Shown: piece by piece, positions 61,216-64,000 of the stretch
Numbering within the stretch: the first letter of the stretch is position 1
Layout: the number at the start of each line of letters is the position of its first letter
NCBI GenBank assembly: GCA_017634475.1
Contig: JAGBNH010000117.1
Span: 4,828-68,827 of the forward strand
Length of the DNA: 64,000 nucleotides
Source: Eubacterium sp.
Lineage (GTDB): Bacteria; Bacillota; Clostridia; Lachnospirales; Lachnospiraceae
Direction: 5' to 3'
The notes under the pieces: model-generated
The model's input: only the letters and a program-made list of their open reading frames with translations
Databases searched by the model: none
Told to the model about the DNA's origin: nothing
Made by a program: the position numbers and the translations under genes

Positions 61216-61257
61216 AAAACGGGAATGCCTGAAGGCTTTCGGGCATTTCCGTTTTTT
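61216..61257 (+). terminator. intrinsic terminator
   Basis: AAAACGGGAATGCCTGAA...TTCGGGCATTTCCGTTTTTT. Confidence 0.85.
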
Positions 61258-61418
61258 ATGGAATGGGTACCGGGCGGGCATTTTGCCTTAAAAATACAGC
61301 AGACTATTGTTAGTTATTTTGATAAAAATCTTAAAAATATGGTACCATTTTTCCTTCGGATGCGATATAATGTCCAATGGGTTTGTGAAAAAACATGAGA
61401 AAGGGTGTTCAGATCTTT

Positions 61419-62009
61419 ATGAGTACTACAAATGCAGGTAAAAAAAAGAAATTGATCCTTGTTACTTCTCCCCCGGCGTGCGGAAAGACATTCATTTCCA
61501 AGAAGCTGGCAAAAGCGCTGACGAACTGCGTATACCTGGATAAGGATACATTGATTGTTCTGTCCAAGCAGATCTTCAAGGTTGCAGGAGAAGAGTATAA
61601 CCGCTCCTCTGATTTCTTCCAGCGGGAGATCCGGGATTATGAGTATTATGCGGTTCTTGATCTTGCATTTGATGCACTGGAGTATAACGATACGGTATTG
61701 ATCAATGCCCCCTTCACTGAGGAGATCCGCGATGATGATTATCTTGATAGTCTTCGTCATAAGCTGGCAGAGAAGAATGCAGAGCTTTGCGTGATCTGGG
61801 TTCATACCGATGTGGAAGTTGCCCATCAGCGTATGATCAGTAGAAATTCCGATCGTGATGTATGGAAACTGGAGCATTGGGATGAGTATATTGCCACACA
61901 GAATTTCGAGAAGCCCGGCAATATCCCCGAACTGTTTGTTTTCAATAATTCCTCCGATGAGGAGTTCAAGCGTTCACTGGATGATGCAGTGAAGTATATT
62001 CGCGGCTAA
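61419..62009 (+). CDS. P-loop kinase-like protein (AAA_33-like)
   Basis: LILVTSPPACGKT Walker A, YLDKD, lid R.ISRNSDRD. Confidence 0.8.
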   Translation: MSTTNAGKKKKLILVTSPPACGKTFISKKLAKALTNCVYLDKDTLIVLSKQIFKVAGEEYNRSSDFFQREIRDYEYYAVLDLAFDALEYNDTVLINAPFTEEIRDDDYLDSLRHKLAEKNAELCVIWVHTDVEVAHQRMISRNSDRDVWKLEHWDEYIATQNFEKPGNIPELFVFNNSSDEEFKRSLDDAVKYIRG

Positions 62010-62056
62010 TTTAAGTAAAACGGAATTTATTCTGCATTTATTTTGAATTTTCGATC

Positions 62057-62084
62057 AGAGGCCGGGACTCCCCGGCCTCTTGTT
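62057..62084 (+). terminator. intrinsic terminator hairpin, putative intron target site
   Basis: AGAGGCCGGG-ACTC-CCCGGCCTCT-TGTT. Confidence 0.8.
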
Positions 62085-62176
62085 GTTTGCGCGATACGGC
62101 CGGCATGCGGGCATGCTTGCATGCACATAGGCCGGCCAACGCGACATCGAGTAGGAGGGACCCCCTCCTACTCGAT
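62085..62176 (+). mobile_element. miniature group IIC intron-derived remnant (both termini, no core, no RT)
   Basis: Starts GTTTGCGCG 4 nt after a terminator stem; ends CCCTCCTACTCGAT, like a IIC domain VI 3' end. Confidence 0.6.
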
Positions 62177-62208
62177 TGACAGTAAGTCTGGTATAAGGAG
62201 ATAAATTT

Positions 62209-63447
62209 ATGGCAACGATTCGCCCTTTTGCGGCATTTCGCCCCGCACCGGAGCTGGTAGCAGAGGTGGCTGCACTTCCCTATGATGTCTATAATCGAAA
62301 AGAGGCAAAGGAAGAAGTAAAGCGTACCCCGAGATCCTTCCTGGCCATTGACCGTCCGGAAACCGTACATCCGGATGACTTTGATATGTACAGTGATGAG
62401 GCTTATCAGACGGCTAAGCAGCTTCTGGATAAGGCTATGCAGGACGGAACCTACGTCGAAGAGGATGTTCCGGTATATTATATCTATGAGCTGGTGATGA
62501 ACGGTCGTTCCCAGACGGGACTGGTAGCCTGTGCATCCATCAATGATTATCAGAACGAGATCATCAAGAAGCATGAGAATACCAGAGAAGAGAAGGAACA
62601 GGACCGGATCCGGCATATCGATACCTGCGACGCGCAGACCGGACCCATTTTCCTGGCTTATCGTGAGCAGCCGGAGATCTCCGTAGTGATCCGCTGCATC
62701 CAGCAGGAGGATGAGCCGATCTATGATTTTACCGCACCGGATGGTGTGACGCACCGGGTATGGGTCATCGATGATCCCGCAGATATCCAGGCGCTGGAAA
62801 AGGAATTTAAGGAGCTGGATCAGATCTACATCGCCGACGGACATCATCGTGCGGCGTCTGCAGTTAAGGTTGGTCTTAAGCGCAGGGCAGAGCACCCGGA
62901 TTATGACGGAACGGAGGAGTTTAATTTCTTCCTGTCGGTGCTTTTCCCCGACAGTGAGCTGGAGATCCTTCCGTATAACCGGGTGGTCAAGGACTGGAAC
63001 GGAAGATCCTTTGCGGATCTCCTTCAGGTTTTGAATACTCTGGGCAAGGTAGAACCTTCGGATACACCGGTTCAGCCGGAAGAAAAGGGAACCGTGGGGA
63101 TCTATGCGGAGAACAGATGGTACCGCTTTACCTTTGCGGATTCTTACAGAAATGACGATCCGGTAGAGGGGCTGGATGTTTCCCTTCTCCAGAAAAATGT
63201 GCTGCAGCCGTTCTTCGGTATTGACGATCCGAGAACCAGCAACCGCATCGATTTTGTAGGCGGTATCCGGGGACTGGGAGAACTGGAGCGGAGGGTATCC
63301 GAGGATTCGGTCATTGCCTTCTCCATGTACCCCACCTCCATCAGCGAGCTTTTCTCCGTGGCCGATGCGGGACTTCTTATGCCTCCGAAATCCACATGGT
63401 TTGAACCGAAGCTGAGAAGCGGCATCTTCATTCACAGGTTATCCTGA
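62209..63447 (+). CDS. DUF1015 family protein (ParB/Srx-like motif)
   Basis: AALPYDV, IKKHENTR, YIADGHHR, LMPPKSTWFEPKLRSG. Confidence 0.92.
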   Translation: MATIRPFAAFRPAPELVAEVAALPYDVYNRKEAKEEVKRTPRSFLAIDRPETVHPDDFDMYSDEAYQTAKQLLDKAMQDGTYVEEDVPVYYIYELVMNGRSQTGLVACASINDYQNEIIKKHENTREEKEQDRIRHIDTCDAQTGPIFLAYREQPEISVVIRCIQQEDEPIYDFTAPDGVTHRVWVIDDPADIQALEKEFKELDQIYIADGHHRAASAVKVGLKRRAEHPDYDGTEEFNFFLSVLFPDSELEILPYNRVVKDWNGRSFADLLQVLNTLGKVEPSDTPVQPEEKGTVGIYAENRWYRFTFADSYRNDDPVEGLDVSLLQKNVLQPFFGIDDPRTSNRIDFVGGIRGLGELERRVSEDSVIAFSMYPTSISELFSVADAGLLMPPKSTWFEPKLRSGIFIHRLS

Positions 63448-63519
63448 TCCGTGACTACGTAGTTGAATGCAGAATAAAGCGGTATAATTCATCTCTATTT
63501 GGGAAGGCTGGTATAATAA

Positions 63520-64000
63520 ATGGCAAGAAAGGCCGTATTTGCGATCAATTGGGTTGAGGTTGATGCTCTGGTAAAGGCATGCCATGACAATCCGCACCAT
63601 ATCCTCGGTATGCATGAGTGTATCGATGATGTATTTATCAATATCTATCTTCCGGGGGCGAAGATCGTCAAGGTGAAAAACCTTGAGACAAAGAAATGGA
63701 TCACCCTGGTTTCCGACAGAGTGGAGGGCTTCTTCTCTGTTGTTCTGAAGAATACCAGGAGCTTTAATTATGAGGTCAAGGCGAAATTTGAGGATGGTCA
63801 TGAAGAGAACTTCATCGATCCCTATCTTTTCGAGCCGGTGATCGATCCCATTGATATCAGCCGCTATAATGAAGGCGAGCACTATGAGATCTATGAGAAA
63901 CTGGGTGCGCATCCCATGGTAGTGGACGGCGTGTCCGGTACTCTTTTTGCGGTCTGGGCGCCCAATGCGGAGCGGGTTTCTGTTGTGGGGAATTTCAATA
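63520..64000 (+). CDS. glgB: 1,4-alpha-glucan branching enzyme, 5' part (runs off the window)
   Basis: Not in the ORF track; my translation gives HDNPHHILGMH...DPYLF...YEKLGAHP...FAVWAPNAERVSVVGNFN. Confidence 0.93.
   Translation, partial: MARKAVFAINWVEVDALVKACHDNPHHILGMHECIDDVFINIYLPGAKIVKVKNLETKKWITLVSDRVEGFFSVVLKNTRSFNYEVKAKFEDGHEENFIDPYLFEPVIDPIDISRYNEGEHYEIYEKLGAHPMVVDGVSGTLFAVWAPNAERVSVVGNFN

Noticed and set aside
62176-62197. TTGACA...TATAAG as a DUF1015 promoter
   Set aside because: The spacer is only 10 nt.

Overview
Core-chromosome window from a Clostridia bacterium. Gene content and order (rpmB-asp23-fakA-recG, rsmD-coaD, archaeal/eukaryotic-type asd, DUF6465, DUF5688) suggest Lachnospiraceae; this is inference. 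It holds about 55 mostly + strand genes. These cover the end of the riboflavin operon, murF, hisHF, a 1732-aa double-YfhO membrane protein, a 1413-aa CoA-substrate activase and a five-gene cluster of poorly characterised genes. They continue through recG, a frameshifted CBM2-GH5 cellulase, recA with an SOS box, rarA, a UvrD-like helicase, an ABC exporter pair and tex. The window ends with leuCDB, ilvD, ilvB, serC, serA, asd, a DUF1015 gene and the start of glgB. I saw no rRNA, tRNA, CRISPR array, transposase or prophage. The most notable signals are: (1) a 92-nt element with both termini of a group IIC intron, inserted just after a terminator but lacking the ribozyme core and RT; (2) dispersed [C/T]GY[C/T]-ATCC...GGATC palindromes (REP-like); (3) an A7 homopolymer frameshift in the cellulase; (4) a tandem YfhO whose first copy lacks the conserved loop Asp; (5) a Derlin/rhomboid-like protein with a Zn finger leading an uncharacterised operon. 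All family assignments come from motif recognition by eye, with no database searches.
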